The translations under genes and the position numbers were made by a program. From IMG/VR virus record IMGVR_UViG_3300013936_000027, positions 956 to 64,955 of that record: a stretch of DNA of 64,000 bases; one strand, 5' to 3'. Shown piece by piece: positions 1 to 10,224 of the stretch. The DNA comes from a virus (taxonomy: Duplodnaviria; Caudoviricetes). The notes under the pieces were generated by a model. That model worked only from the letters and a program-made list of their open reading frames with translations. It was not told the DNA's origin and searched no databases. The first letter of the stretch is position 1, and every line of letters starts with the position of its first letter.

Positions 1-312
1 TATTGATTTTGAGTTGAATCCTGCGCCTTGGAGCATATTCTTTATATTTCCAAGTCCGCCGTTTCTAAGATGGATATTATTCAATGAACTGTTTAGCGAT
101 TGAGCAAAGGCTTGTCCCGCATTAGTTCCTGTTTTAGATAAACTGTTTTTTATTTCATTATTTAACGCTGTGACATTTAAAGTGTTTTTGCCGTCGCCTA
201 ATGTTATTTTTATTGAGCCGATTTTGTTTAACTGATTTTGAATCTCAGTTATTTGTTTCGGTATTCCCGATGTATCTAATACGGCTTTTATATTTGCACT
301 GAAATCAGACAT
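1..312 (-). CDS. Probable tail tape measure protein, N-terminal part (runs off window)
   Basis: Open frame from ATG at 312 (MSDFSANIKAVLDTSGIPKQITEIQNQLK...) to the window edge; lies downstream of tail genes and a recombinase, as in SPbeta-like phages. Assignment is positional. Confidence 0.55.
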   Translation of the reverse strand, partial: MSDFSANIKAVLDTSGIPKQITEIQNQLNKIGSIKITLGDGKNTLNVTALNNEIKNSLSKTGTNAGQAFAQSLNSSLNNIHLRNGGLGNIKNMLQGAGFNSKSI

Positions 313-388
313 ACGCAATATGCCCCCTTCCTCAGAAATAAAAAAAGCCACCTGTATCGGCGACTTTATTTCTTATATTTAAATTGTT

Positions 389-1432
389 TTATAAATCAGA
401 GATATCCTTTTTTTCTACTTTTTTAATACCTTCAGAGCCGAAGTATTTGTCAAAATTGTCTTCTGCATCTATATCTTTATAAACAGAAACCATTGATACA
501 TCACTCCAACCGGTTATATCTTTTATAACATCATCAGGTATTCCTTGCTCTGACAGCATCGAAACAAATCTGTGTCTCATACTATGCCAATAGAAAGGTT
601 TCCCGATTATGTTGGAGAAAGTTCGAGCCATTGAATCCATAAGAGATATTTCAATATGTTCGTTTATATATTCTCCGTTTTTTGTTTTTGGAAAAAGCCA
701 ATCAGAATCTATGCCAAGTTTATTTCTCTCTTGCATCCACAAATCAAGATATGGCTTAAAAGGTTTCGCAATTGTATACACATCGAGAAGTTTGCCTTTT
801 TGTCCGCGACCTTTTGTCTGCATTTTTTCAGGAGTTTTATATAACGCACCTTCACAAATAAGATTTTTATCATCGAAATAGGATGCTTTAAATCTTGTTA
901 ACTCTGCTTTTCTTTTTCCGCTGTAAATTGCAAGGGCAAGAATACACGCTTTCATATATTCCTTATCATCTACCAATTCCGAGAGCAGAGAATTTAAATC
1001 TTCATCCTGAAATACCGTTTTTGTGCGAACTGCTTCATTTGCCGGAGATTCGATTTTTTTGATAATAGGACGATAATCCTCAAATTCATCATCCAATATA
1101 GATTCGATAAAATTGGAAAGACTGCTTATTGTCGCTTTTACAACTCTGATTCTCCGAGGCGACCATTTCCACACATTTAATGCATGATTTTGAAATTTTA
1201 TCAGTTCTCTTTTTGTTAATTCGACAAAGAATTTATTTTTATTGAAGTCGAGATTCCAACACCAAAATATATGTAAATTTGCACGGTATTGCTTGATTGT
1301 GCTTTTTGACCTGTCAACGGATTCAAGATATTCGAGAAAGTCATTTTCAAGCTGTATATTGTCGGGATTTACTCTTTTCAATTTTTCCTCATCGGTTATA
1401 TTATTGTATACAGTTGTTCTTCCGTCTTTCAT
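389..1432 (-). CDS. Tyrosine recombinase (phage integrase family) inside the tail module
   Basis: Catalytic motifs GKRKAEL, HSMRHRF and a C-terminal Tyr (SMVSVY); SAM-like N-terminal domain. Confidence 0.9.
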   Translation of the reverse strand: MKDGRTTVYNNITDEEKLKRVNPDNIQLENDFLEYLESVDRSKSTIKQYRANLHIFWCWNLDFNKNKFFVELTKRELIKFQNHALNVWKWSPRRIRVVKATISSLSNFIESILDDEFEDYRPIIKKIESPANEAVRTKTVFQDEDLNSLLSELVDDKEYMKACILALAIYSGKRKAELTRFKASYFDDKNLICEGALYKTPEKMQTKGRGQKGKLLDVYTIAKPFKPYLDLWMQERNKLGIDSDWLFPKTKNGEYINEHIEISLMDSMARTFSNIIGKPFYWHSMRHRFVSMLSEQGIPDDVIKDITGWSDVSMVSVYKDIDAEDNFDKYFGSEGIKKVEKKDISDL

Positions 1433-1453
1433 ACTCTAAATACCTCCTTTCAT

Positions 1454-1490
1454 AAAAAAAAGACCAACACATGATTGTGCTGGTCTTTTT
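1454..1490. terminator. Bidirectional intrinsic terminator
   Basis: AAAAGACCA...TGGTCTTTT stem with flanking A and T runs. Confidence 0.7.
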
Positions 1491-1501
1491 GATATATTAT
1501 T

Positions 1502-1948
1502 TCACCTTTTACCGGTATATTGTCCTTCTATTATTTTATATATTAGGGAAATATGTTTTTGCAAATCATTAAGAAAATCAGTTTGTTCTTCTCCGCTCAT
1601 TTCTTTGTCTTCTGCGTTTGTTATGTAGTCCTCTAACTGTTGCAATGCTTTTTTTAATTCTATATAAAATCTTTTATCATTATATTCAAAATAAAGAGAA
1701 TCAATACGCATTGACCTTAAAACTTCAATAAGTTCATCTGTGTCTTGTAGTTTATGACTTGTTGAATTGAACATAATCTTTTTTCTTGCCAACGGTATTC
1801 TTTTTATTAAATACTCATTGAAAATAGTATCAAAGAATTTTGATTTTAATTCAATCTTTGCGTTTTTATTGGTTTGTATAAATGAAATTATAAAAGATGT
1901 TATTGATGCAGCAAGTGCAAATGAAGACAAAATTAATTCTGCAATCAT
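1502..1948 (-). CDS. Hypothetical protein with N-terminal transmembrane helix (third gene of moron cassette)
   Basis: Hydrophobic N-terminus MIAELILSSFALAASITSFIISFI, then a helical soluble domain. Confidence 0.6.
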   Translation of the reverse strand: MIAELILSSFALAASITSFIISFIQTNKNAKIELKSKFFDTIFNEYLIKRIPLARKKIMFNSTSHKLQDTDELIEVLRSMRIDSLYFEYNDKRFYIELKKALQQLEDYITNAEDKEMSGEEQTDFLNDLQKHISLIYKIIEGQYTGKR

Positions 1949-1957
1949 ATGTTTTCC

Positions 1958-2260
1958 TCATATTAAATTATTTTTAATAGAATCAATTAAAGATTGATTT
2001 TTTGATTCTATTAAAACTTGATTTCCGATTAAGGCATAACCATAATGTTCAATTAATTTTTTAAAAAATCCCTGAACAAAAGATGAGGCGGCTTTTATTA
2101 TATTATCAGGAAATTCAATATGAATGGGCGGATTTTCAAAGTCAATATTTTTTTCAACTTGCTTTTCAAATGTTTCGACACCAAAATCATATCCGGCTAA
2201 TCGTGTAATAGTTTTGTCAAAAGACAGATTAAAATAGGTTTTGTTCATTGTTTGGTTCAT
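1958..2260 (-). CDS. STAS-like domain protein (DUF4325-like)
   Basis: 100 aa; LAGYDFG...IEFPDNIIKAASSFVQGFF pattern; overlaps the upstream HATPase gene. Confidence 0.65.
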   Translation of the reverse strand: MNQTMNKTYFNLSFDKTITRLAGYDFGVETFEKQVEKNIDFENPPIHIEFPDNIIKAASSFVQGFFKKLIEHYGYALIGNQVLIESKNQSLIDSIKNNLI

Positions 2261-3413
2261 CTACTTTCATAATAAAACTTAAATTATAAGCCGTTCCCGG
2301 CATAAAGAAACTACCTTTCGCTAAGATACTTGGATGCGGTCTTTTGTTAAAAAAGTCATTATTATCATTAAATCCAATCCAATCGCCATTGTATTCCAAA
2401 TATTTATTATCAAATGAAATAATGCGTTTTCCCGTGAGAACATAACAAGCGTGATTTTCTGATTTATCTTCAATAGCTTTTATCAACTTTGTTAAACCTG
2501 TTCCTCCTGTATGGTTGTTATATCTGCTCGATACTTTATTTTGAAATGCCGTTATGTTAAAAAAGTCCTCTTCTGTATATTCAATATCAAAGAGCTTCTT
2601 ATGATTTGAATATGCCTTACTGATTTGTGAAAAATTTTCTGATACATCTTCATTTTGAATTATAGAATTGTATTTTTCTTTAAGTTTATCGCCCAACAGA
2701 TAATTTGAAAAATTAAGGATTGCTATATTGATTCCATAGACTTTTTCATTATTTGAATTTATATAATCTTGCACAATATCAAAATCTAAAAGACAATCAG
2801 ATTCGGAATGTTCTACTGCATTCCCGATTAGTTCAATTATTACTTCCGTTATTTCATCCCTGCAATCTTGATTTATACCGAATGGAATTTGAAAGTATGT
2901 TAGTTCATCATACAGTTTGCTTAATTTGTCGGTTTTTGAAAAATATTCGTTTTTTAATAATCTTCTAAAATGTTGATAACTTAAGTCCGAATTGAATTTT
3001 GATAAAAACATTGCTGTTCTTTCGTTTGTATTCTCATGATTTGAAGTTAAGCAAAGAAAACGCAAAGGAGACTGTGTTATTCCATCTGTAAGAATTGAAC
3101 TTTTTGCGTTAAAATATATTTCTATATTTTTATGATGAGATGTTATATATGTTTTTATTATGCATTCGAGAAGAACAAAAGACAATTTGTCTAACAATTC
3201 TATTTGTTTAAAAATAAAAAGTACAGGAAAGTTAACACTACGATATCTATTATTAATGTAATTCAAATAAGATGAAATATTCCTGATTACTTTGTTACTT
3301 AACATTTTGTCATTAATTTCAATATTGATTTTTCCATTTTTTATATAAATATTCTTAAATTTTTGTTTATAACCGACAGGATTGCATTTGTAAAGTAGTT
3401 CTTCGTTTTTCAT
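2229..3413 (-). CDS. GHKL/HATPase-fold ATP-binding protein
   Basis: N-box ELIGNAVEHS, G1-like AILNFSNYLLG, G2 box GGTGLTKL. Confidence 0.75.
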   Translation of the reverse strand: MKNEELLYKCNPVGYKQKFKNIYIKNGKINIEINDKMLSNKVIRNISSYLNYINNRYRSVNFPVLFIFKQIELLDKLSFVLLECIIKTYITSHHKNIEIYFNAKSSILTDGITQSPLRFLCLTSNHENTNERTAMFLSKFNSDLSYQHFRRLLKNEYFSKTDKLSKLYDELTYFQIPFGINQDCRDEITEVIIELIGNAVEHSESDCLLDFDIVQDYINSNNEKVYGINIAILNFSNYLLGDKLKEKYNSIIQNEDVSENFSQISKAYSNHKKLFDIEYTEEDFFNITAFQNKVSSRYNNHTGGTGLTKLIKAIEDKSENHACYVLTGKRIISFDNKYLEYNGDWIGFNDNNDFFNKRPHPSILAKGSFFMPGTAYNLSFIMKVDEPNNEQNLF

Positions 3414-3445
3414 TATAATAAATCCTCAAACATATTTTGACAATT

Positions 3446-3474
3446 ATTATATCATAATAATTATAACAATGCAA
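3446..3474 (-). promoter_or_regulatory. sigmaA promoter for the HATPase-STAS cassette
   Basis: TTGCAT-17 bp-TATAAT on the minus strand just upstream of 3413. Confidence 0.6.
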
Positions 3475-3621
3475 ATGTCAATAGTTTTTGCGTGTACATT
3501 TGAAAATATATCTTATATGAATATTAAAACTTCTTACATAGTTATAGTATAATAATTTTTTTATTTTGTCTATACCCGCATCAAACAAAGATATGGTTTT
3601 GTTTACGATATTTTATATTAA

Positions 3622-4044
3622 TTATTTAAAGAAACTTTTTAGCGTATCATTTAACCTATGCTCCATGCTTCGATTTGCGCGTTCCCAAAAGCCGCCGTTG
3701 CCTATTGCTGCTCTCAGATATCCTACGCTGCTATTATATACAGGCTGTTCCTTTGTGAGGTTAAGAATATCTGTCATAGTCGGATTTTTACCTGTTGTAT
3801 AAACATGGTTAGTATCTAAATACGCATCGAACGATACGCTGTTTCCAATAGATGTAAGTGCTGTAATTCTGGGCGTATCTCCTAATGCGCCTGTTCTTTC
3901 GTAAATTGCAGGGGGCTTTGTATCATAAAACCTACCGGTTTCATCATACATATCAGAAAGCACTTTGTTCGCTGTTATATTCATGGCTTTCCGGAGTTCT
4001 CTCATCAGCATAGAGTTGAGCTGCTGCATATTTTTTGCTTGCAT
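3622..4044 (-). CDS. Putative tail completion protein (HK97 gp10-like)
   Basis: YERTGAL motif, size and position in the tail module. Confidence 0.5.
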   Translation of the reverse strand: MQAKNMQQLNSMLMRELRKAMNITANKVLSDMYDETGRFYDTKPPAIYERTGALGDTPRITALTSIGNSVSFDAYLDTNHVYTTGKNPTMTDILNLTKEQPVYNSSVGYLRAAIGNGGFWERANRSMEHRLNDTLKSFFK

Positions 4045-4063
4045 ACGATTATCCTTTGGTTAA

Positions 4064-4588
4064 TTAGGTTTCGTCCTTTTTGAGATAATCAGTATAAAGC
4101 TTCTTGAAACTATCAAGGTCAAAGTTTTCCTCGCCTATGCTCTCTGCAATTTTAGATAACTTCTCAATATTCTCGGCAGAAAGAGATTCACTGAAGCTAT
4201 TAACTGCTTTTTTTATCACATTTTTTACTGTTAAAATTAAACCGTTTAACGAATCTTTCTTTGTTTTAACAATTTTCATTGCATCTCTATAAGCATTTGC
4301 GAAGTCAAGGCGGATATAGCCATCACCATTTAACGACTGATTGTATTTATAAATAAACTCATTGTCATTTATAAGCGGTCTGAGCTGTAAAGCGCCACTG
4401 AAACCATGCGGAATATCAAAATTACTCTCAATAACATATTCATTATAGAATAAGCGCATAGTGTTTAATTTGCCGATATGGGGCTGATAATTACCCTCCT
4501 CATCAAAGAATCCTTCTGCAATATTTTCAACTAAAGAGACATACTCAGTCAGTTCTAAATTCTCTTTTACAGTAATTGTATTTTCCAT
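4064..4588 (-). CDS. Hypothetical tail-module protein
   Basis: Good RBS (GGAGG) and 174 aa ORF; function not recognised. Confidence 0.5.
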   Translation of the reverse strand: MENTITVKENLELTEYVSLVENIAEGFFDEEGNYQPHIGKLNTMRLFYNEYVIESNFDIPHGFSGALQLRPLINDNEFIYKYNQSLNGDGYIRLDFANAYRDAMKIVKTKKDSLNGLILTVKNVIKKAVNSFSESLSAENIEKLSKIAESIGEENFDLDSFKKLYTDYLKKDET

Positions 4589-4617
4589 ATTTTCCTCCGT
4601 TACTTATATTAATAAAA

Positions 4618-5139
4618 TTATTCTTTTATTGTTGACAAAAACTCATCAACGGCGTATTTATATCTGGTTCTGACTTTATTTTGATTGATTACTATGTACT
4701 TGATTTTATTTCGCGCTAAATCATCATAATTAAAACTTTTCTTAGCCAATAAAGAAATGAGCTTGCCTAATTCATTTATGTTAATAAAAATAGTTTTTTC
4801 GATTTTTCTAAATTCAATGAGAAATCCGCAAATTATCCCATCATATCTGTCCCATGCTTTTAAGCCTTCGATTTGATGGTAATGAATTTCTCCGTGTTCT
4901 TCCTTATTTTTTTCAAAAGATATTGATTTTCCTGCTACCGTTTTTAATTCCAAAGCATATAGCATATGCCTTTTTGAATCCCAGAGCAGATAATCAAACG
5001 GATTCTTCCTACTAAATCTTAAATTAGAGCTTTTGGGTGCAAAAGCTTGTGCCGAATCGGGGAGTCGATAAAGCAGAACATAATTCGGTACGGATTTCTT
5101 AAAATCGTCCTCAAATATTTTGCCTCTGTTTTTTGACAT
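4618..5139 (-). CDS. recU: Holliday junction resolvase, RecU family
   Basis: NRGKIFE, NPFDY, ALELKT and IHYHQI motifs; start reassigned to the ATG at 5139. Confidence 0.8.
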   Translation of the reverse strand: MSKNRGKIFEDDFKKSVPNYVLLYRLPDSAQAFAPKSSNLRFSRKNPFDYLLWDSKRHMLYALELKTVAGKSISFEKNKEEHGEIHYHQIEGLKAWDRYDGIICGFLIEFRKIEKTIFININELGKLISLLAKKSFNYDDLARNKIKYIVINQNKVRTRYKYAVDEFLSTIKE

Positions 5140-5748
5140 TTTTTTGTTCCTTTTTTGGGTTTGAATTCTGCCAAAGTTTGTAAACAAATGCAGTTTCATT
5201 TTTTAGAAACCAACAGCTTATTTTTCCTTGCTTTATTTGATTTTCAGATACATATTTTGGCTGAACCCCATTTGCTGTATAGAAAATAATCTGGGGGAGT
5301 GTATCAATTGCAATCAGGTTTTCTCTGCCGTAGCATTCTATACAATCATCCAAACTTTTAAATTGAATCTTCTTCATTTCCTTTCTCCAATCTGCTTAAA
5401 ATTAAATGCGTAAAAGAAAAGGGGAGTTTACTTAATACATAAAATTGTAAGAGTAAATTCCCCTATATGTTAAAATACAATACAACTTTACGCATCCGCA
5501 TTATCTTCTTTAATCTCTATAATTTCTGAAATTTCTTTTTTAGTTGTTTTCTTTTTATTGTTTTTCTTTTCAACCGTCACATTTTTCGGTTTGCGGTCTT
5601 TATCAACTATTTCATATTTGCCGTTTTCACAGTTTACGAAGAGTGTCTTTACCTCTTTATGAATTGCCGGAAACTGAATATCAATATCTCCGTAGGCAAC
5701 AACAGTGACCGCCTCATTATTGAGTTTAACGATACATTCTTTAATCAT
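5111..5748 (-). CDS. Two small hypothetical proteins (5111-5377, 5488-5748)
   Basis: Both have RBS and are co-oriented with the late operon. Confidence 0.55.
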
Positions 5749-5806
5749 TCTATCTCCTATGGTTGAAGGGCTACCTCAAATAAGATAGCCCTTGATGTAT
5801 TTAATT

Positions 5807-6565
5807 TTACTCGGCATCATCCGTGAGTTCGGTGAAGTCAAGAACATTTCCTTCCTTATCCTCCATAAGGTCAAAAGTCAAAGTGACACTTGCGGGGTCG
5901 CCCTCAGAAGAGAATGACATCTCAAAGTTTCTCTGAATTGTTGCCTTGTATGCAGTCATGACAAAGGGAGTAAGAAGACCTTCTTCGTCCTTATCAACGG
6001 TTTTCTGCGTTATGTAGTAATCTTTCGGAAGTTTCCTATTATTGAATGAAATCTTCTTAATGCCGGACGTGCGGGTTACAATATAAGCAACCTCATATTC
6101 AGAACCAACCTTAATTTTCTTATCGGATTCCGCTGTTTCGGTGAACTTGTTTGTTGCAAAAGTACCAGCAATTAATGCACTTTCGTCTCCGTACTGACCC
6201 TTCGGATAGACAAAAATTGTACCGGCTTTGATTTCACCTTTTGTCACCGTAACTGAAAGCTCACCCTCTGTTTCACACTTGATAACCTGAGAATCGGCAT
6301 AAGCTGAAGTTGTCTCAATTTCTCCGTCTGAAAGCAGAGCAAAGAGCTTGAAAGGATAAACCTGAGCTTCTATTGACATAGTTCCTTCGATAGGATTCTG
6401 GAATGCAATCTTCTTTGCACCCTTAGCCATTGCATATACACTGTCACCGCTCAGACCGGTAGTGGTGGTATTCGCCGTCTCGAATTTCAGAAACGGTGCC
6501 ATAGTCTTTAAAATACGAATATCAACATCGCATGTCTGACGATTAGCTTTATTTAATTCGGGCAT
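5807..6565 (-). CDS. Major tail tube protein
   Basis: About 252 aa; ETANTTT, FSSEGDPASVTLTFDL pattern; follows head-tail joining genes. Confidence 0.7.
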   Translation of the reverse strand: MPELNKANRQTCDVDIRILKTMAPFLKFETANTTTTGLSGDSVYAMAKGAKKIAFQNPIEGTMSIEAQVYPFKLFALLSDGEIETTSAYADSQVIKCETEGELSVTVTKGEIKAGTIFVYPKGQYGDESALIAGTFATNKFTETAESDKKIKVGSEYEVAYIVTRTSGIKKISFNNRKLPKDYYITQKTVDKDEEGLLTPFVMTAYKATIQRNFEMSFSSEGDPASVTLTFDLMEDKEGNVLDFTELTDDAE

Positions 6566-6613
6566 ATTTATTTTCCTCCTAAACATAAAAATAAGCCGAC
6601 TGTAAGCCGACCT

Positions 6614-7896
6614 TTATCTCTTATCGTATTCATTTTTGAACCACAATGTGTGGTCAAATGTTTTCTTCTCATCTCCCCATACAGATACCCTTGTAGAATC
6701 AATTTCATACATTGAATTTACTTGTATTCTGCTGAATGTGTCCAACAATTGAAATATAGTCAAATTCCAGATGTTAGAGTAGTTCAGAGAGGGATGCTTG
6801 CTCGATACCGCAGAAATTATATTCGGTATCGTCATATTAATATCATTTTTAGTTTTTTCTTTTTTTTTGTTTGCTTTCATCCGTTGTAAAAGCTTTTTTG
6901 CAAGATTATTTTTGTATTTTAAATTATCGATATTTTCTTTTTCATCAATACAACAGATTTGTTGCAGTATACTTAAAATTTGATAAAATTTATCCTCTGC
7001 AATTGCACCTTGAACATCATAAGAATCAGCATCATCTTCTTTTTGAATTTTCAAAACAACGAAATATCCGTTTTGATACAGAATAGTTTCCATGCAAAAG
7101 AAATTTAACAACTCAACATAAATATCCTGTATTGTTTTATCCTGTTTTATGATGTTATATAGAGTAATTTCTTTTCTTTGTTCTGTTGTTAGACTTTCCC
7201 AATAATTGTTCCCGTTCTGTTTTATTTTAGTAAAGAACATTTCGGGAGTTAGTTTTAAAAATAATTCGTAATAGCTGAATTTATCAAATGATATTTTTGC
7301 GATATCCGCAAGTGTAGGTTTTTTTATAGTCACATCCGAGAGCACCACCGGATATGGACTTATTTGTGTTCCGTAATCTAAACGCATATTATATATCACC
7401 TGAAATTGGGAACATTGAAAACCATTATTACGCCGTAATATCTTTTGGCATTGTAGATATCAACACTATTCAATGCCAATCTACCGATTCCGAAATTGTT
7501 TATAACAGACTCGTCGTTAATTAAACAATCCTCTATCATTTGAGACAGTATATCGGCACGATTACCGTAGTACCCCTCTTTTTCATAATTGTCGAGGATA
7601 TCTCTATGGCATATAGCGTAAAGAATGATTTGACAATTCTTTATGTTCTCAGATAATTCGGGAAATCTAATATCATAAAAAATAAAAGAATCCGTTTCCT
7701 GAATCGTGTCATCGATAAATAGATGCGATTTTACATGGTTTTTGAACATTTTTTGTTTTTCACTTGAACTCAAATCACTTAAATCGGTATCTCCTAAGAG
7801 CAATTCTTTGATATCGTTGCTCCGGTAGAGAGCAGAAGTTATTTCTTGTTTGAATTTTCCGCGCTCTGCGGTGTTTTTCCTCTTTTTTGTCACCAA
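6614..7896 (-). CDS. Two virion/neck proteins (6614-7399; 7396-7896, tail terminator-like)
   Basis: Translationally coupled ORFs between head-closure and tail tube genes. Assignment is positional. Confidence 0.5.
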
Positions 7897-7917
7897 TCAA
7901 CCCCTCCTAAATTCCAA

Positions 7918-8985
7918 TCAAATAAAAGCTTTAATTGTGATAATAAGAGTTACAGTTGTATATCCATCCGCAGACAGGGATAATTTAAAGGATTTATTAA
8001 TACATTTTTTATCCGTGACAAAAATACTGATTGCATTTTCTATGTATTCAATATTTAATTTGTCTTTAAAATCACAATCAATTTCCCAGCAAGGGGATAT
8101 ATTCTTAACCTCACCGCCAGAGTCGTAGAATTTTGCATAGAACAATGCCGGTTCTAAATTACAATAAATACACGGCTCGTCACATTCAATTGTACATAAT
8201 AAAATGTCCGTTTTATTTTCACTTTTCGGAGCTTCGCACAGCCAATAACCTTGTCCGTCTACAACATAATAACCGTCAGTTTCATGCTGTTCATCCTGAT
8301 ATGCCATGAATTCAAGATATCCACTATCCTGATAATCAAACAGAACATTATCCATTCTGGTAAGCTCATAGGTTATAACAGGCTTTGATGTGTCGGTAGC
8401 AACATCTTTTTCCATGCTTTTTTCATAAATATCACATCTTTTGTCTATAATAAAGCGTTGCTTGTGCTTAATAAGCAGACACTCCTCATCATTAGGAATC
8501 AACACCATAAGCTGGTCACTACGGACAAAATAAAACTTGTTGCTTGTCTCACCGTTGTTGTATTGTGATGCTGAGGTTATGTTACTCCAACGCTGTATGA
8601 CCTTTCCGTCTTTGTTTTGCCATGTTAATAAGTAGTTGCAGAAGGCTAATACTGCTTTCTCATATATACCGTTGTCATCTACAAGTCCGACAATCAACCA
8701 ATAATAATTCTTATAGAATATATATTGTCCTGCTTTACAAGAACCAATCGGGACTAATACTGTTCGTTGCTGTGTCTTTAATCTTGTGTCTTGTACATTA
8801 CCTTGTACTATAGCTTTTATTTTCTTTCTTTGTGTTAAATCGCAATTGCATATTTCAATGTTACGACCGATAGAAGAGTTCAGAGCCTCATAAAACGCAT
8901 CGGCAGCATAATCGTCGAAATTTTCACTTTCAAATCCACTGACAGTATCGTGGTTAGTGTTTAATAAATACCATTCTTTTGCCGT
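7918..8985 (-). CDS. Putative head-closure protein, probably starting at non-canonical ACG (or ATT)
   Basis: Frame is open 96 codons upstream of the TTG used by the ORF track, up to AAGGCGGTG-atatt-ACG GCA AAA GAA TGG TAT (xAKEWYLL) right after the previous stop. Confidence 0.65.
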   Translation of the reverse strand, partial: TAKEWYLLNTNHDTVSGFESENFDDYAADAFYEALNSSIGRNIEICNCDLTQRKKIKAIVQGNVQDTRLKTQQRTVLVPIGSCKAGQYIFYKNYYWLIVGLVDDNGIYEKAVLAFCNYLLTWQNKDGKVIQRWSNITSASQYNNGETSNKFYFVRSDQLMVLIPNDEECLLIKHKQRFIIDKRCDIYEKSMEKDVATDTSKPVITYELTRMDNVLFDYQDSGYLEFMAYQDEQHETDGYYVVDGQGYWLCEAPKSENKTDILLCTIECDEPCIYCNLEPALFYAKFYDSGGEVKNISPCWEIDCDFKDKLNIEYIENAISIFVTDKKCINKSFKLSLSADGYTTVTLIITIKAFI

Positions 8986-8997
8986 AATATCACCGCC

Positions 8998-9396
8998 TTA
9001 TGAATACGCGGTCGGTTTTTGATTTGAAACCATGATATTATTTTGAGTAACATAGTACTCTAATTCGTTTTTGGCAGCAGTTTTTCCGTGACCGGCACCA
9101 TCTATGCTTATATCTTTTCCGACAATAGATATTTGCTTGTTAATTTTCGACCATTCGCGCTCTTGATAAAATTGTCTCATCATGGTGGCAAGATTATCCA
9201 TAACATATGGGTCAAGTTTGCAATCAAATTCCAAATTTTCTAAATCGAAATTCAGCACATCAAGTTCTGCACTATATCTTCCGATTGCTTTCTTTAGCCA
9301 ACATAATTCTAATTCATCAGGCAAAACAACCTTGTCGGCGAATGATGATTCAAATATTTCAAAAATCTCTTGAGCTTTTGTGTTTATCGCGAGCAC
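8998..9396 (-). CDS. Putative head-tail adaptor
   Basis: Position after capsid module; the annotated GTG lies inside the RBS, so the likely start is ATA at 9387. Confidence 0.5.
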   Translation of the reverse strand: MLAINTKAQEIFEIFESSFADKVVLPDELELCWLKKAIGRYSAELDVLNFDLENLEFDCKLDPYVMDNLATMMRQFYQEREWSKINKQISIVGKDISIDGAGHGKTAAKNELEYYVTQNNIMVSNQKPTAYS

Positions 9397-9414
9397 CTTC
9401 TTTCTATCTTTAAG

Positions 9415-10141
9415 TTACAACTGATAACCTGTATATTTTGTTGCGAATACAATCTTGGCATAATCGTTTAAATGTAAGTTTCGGATTGTGTCGATTAGTG
9501 CATATTTTTCTGTCCTTGTTTTTATATGTTTTACGATTTCAGTCTCATATTCAGCTTGACTTAAAGCAAACAAATCCTTGACCAATTTTTCTGTGAAAAT
9601 TCTTTGTGGTCTGTCCTTTTCCTCGAATCCAAGAAGTTGACGAGTTGCAGCATCTTCAATATATACAGTTGCATGGTCTCCGTTTGCCGTGCCTATAAAG
9701 AGATTATTATTGTCATTTACCTGAGCAATTACTTCATTACGAGACAATCTCTGCTGTCCGTTTGCAACTATAACAATATCTCCGACTCCATCATGCTTTC
9801 TTGCGAATGTTACATCCCAATCGGCAAGATTCTTGACCGTTACCTTCGTGTCAAGATTCAACTCTTCTTCATTATTCTGAGGCTGAACTTTTGTTGCAGT
9901 TTTTTTCTCTGCCATTTTTTTACCTCGTTTCAATTAATTAATTCAGATTTCAACTAATTTTGTGTTTAACTTTGTTGTATAGTTTAATTATTTCATCCAA
10001 TCTGTTTGATTTTTTGAATACCCAATAGCGATTTCCGCTAACAGTATTTATTTTTGAAATATAACATTTTTCTGAAAAAGCAGACAGAAAATGAAACAAT
10101 CTTAAAGAATAGCAATAAAAATTATCGTTGTGTTTTTCCAT
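9415..10141 (-). CDS. Two hypothetical late proteins (9415-9915; 9950-10141)
   Basis: ORFs with RBS directly after the capsid gene. Confidence 0.55.
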
Positions 10142-10174
10142 TAGATTCTTTCTTCGCTAATCCGATAATATTAA

Positions 10175-10210
10175 AAGGCGGCATTCCCTTGTGGAGTGCC
10201 GCCATTTATA
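10175..10210 (-). terminator. Intrinsic terminator after the major capsid gene
   Basis: GGCGGCACTCC/GGGAATGCCGCC stem followed by TTTT on the minus strand. Confidence 0.75.
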
Positions 10211-10224
10211 TATTTGGAACAGGA

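Noticed and set aside
389-1432. attP/attL site next to this recombinase
   Set aside because: Phage genes continue on both sides and no host junction or core repeat was visible.
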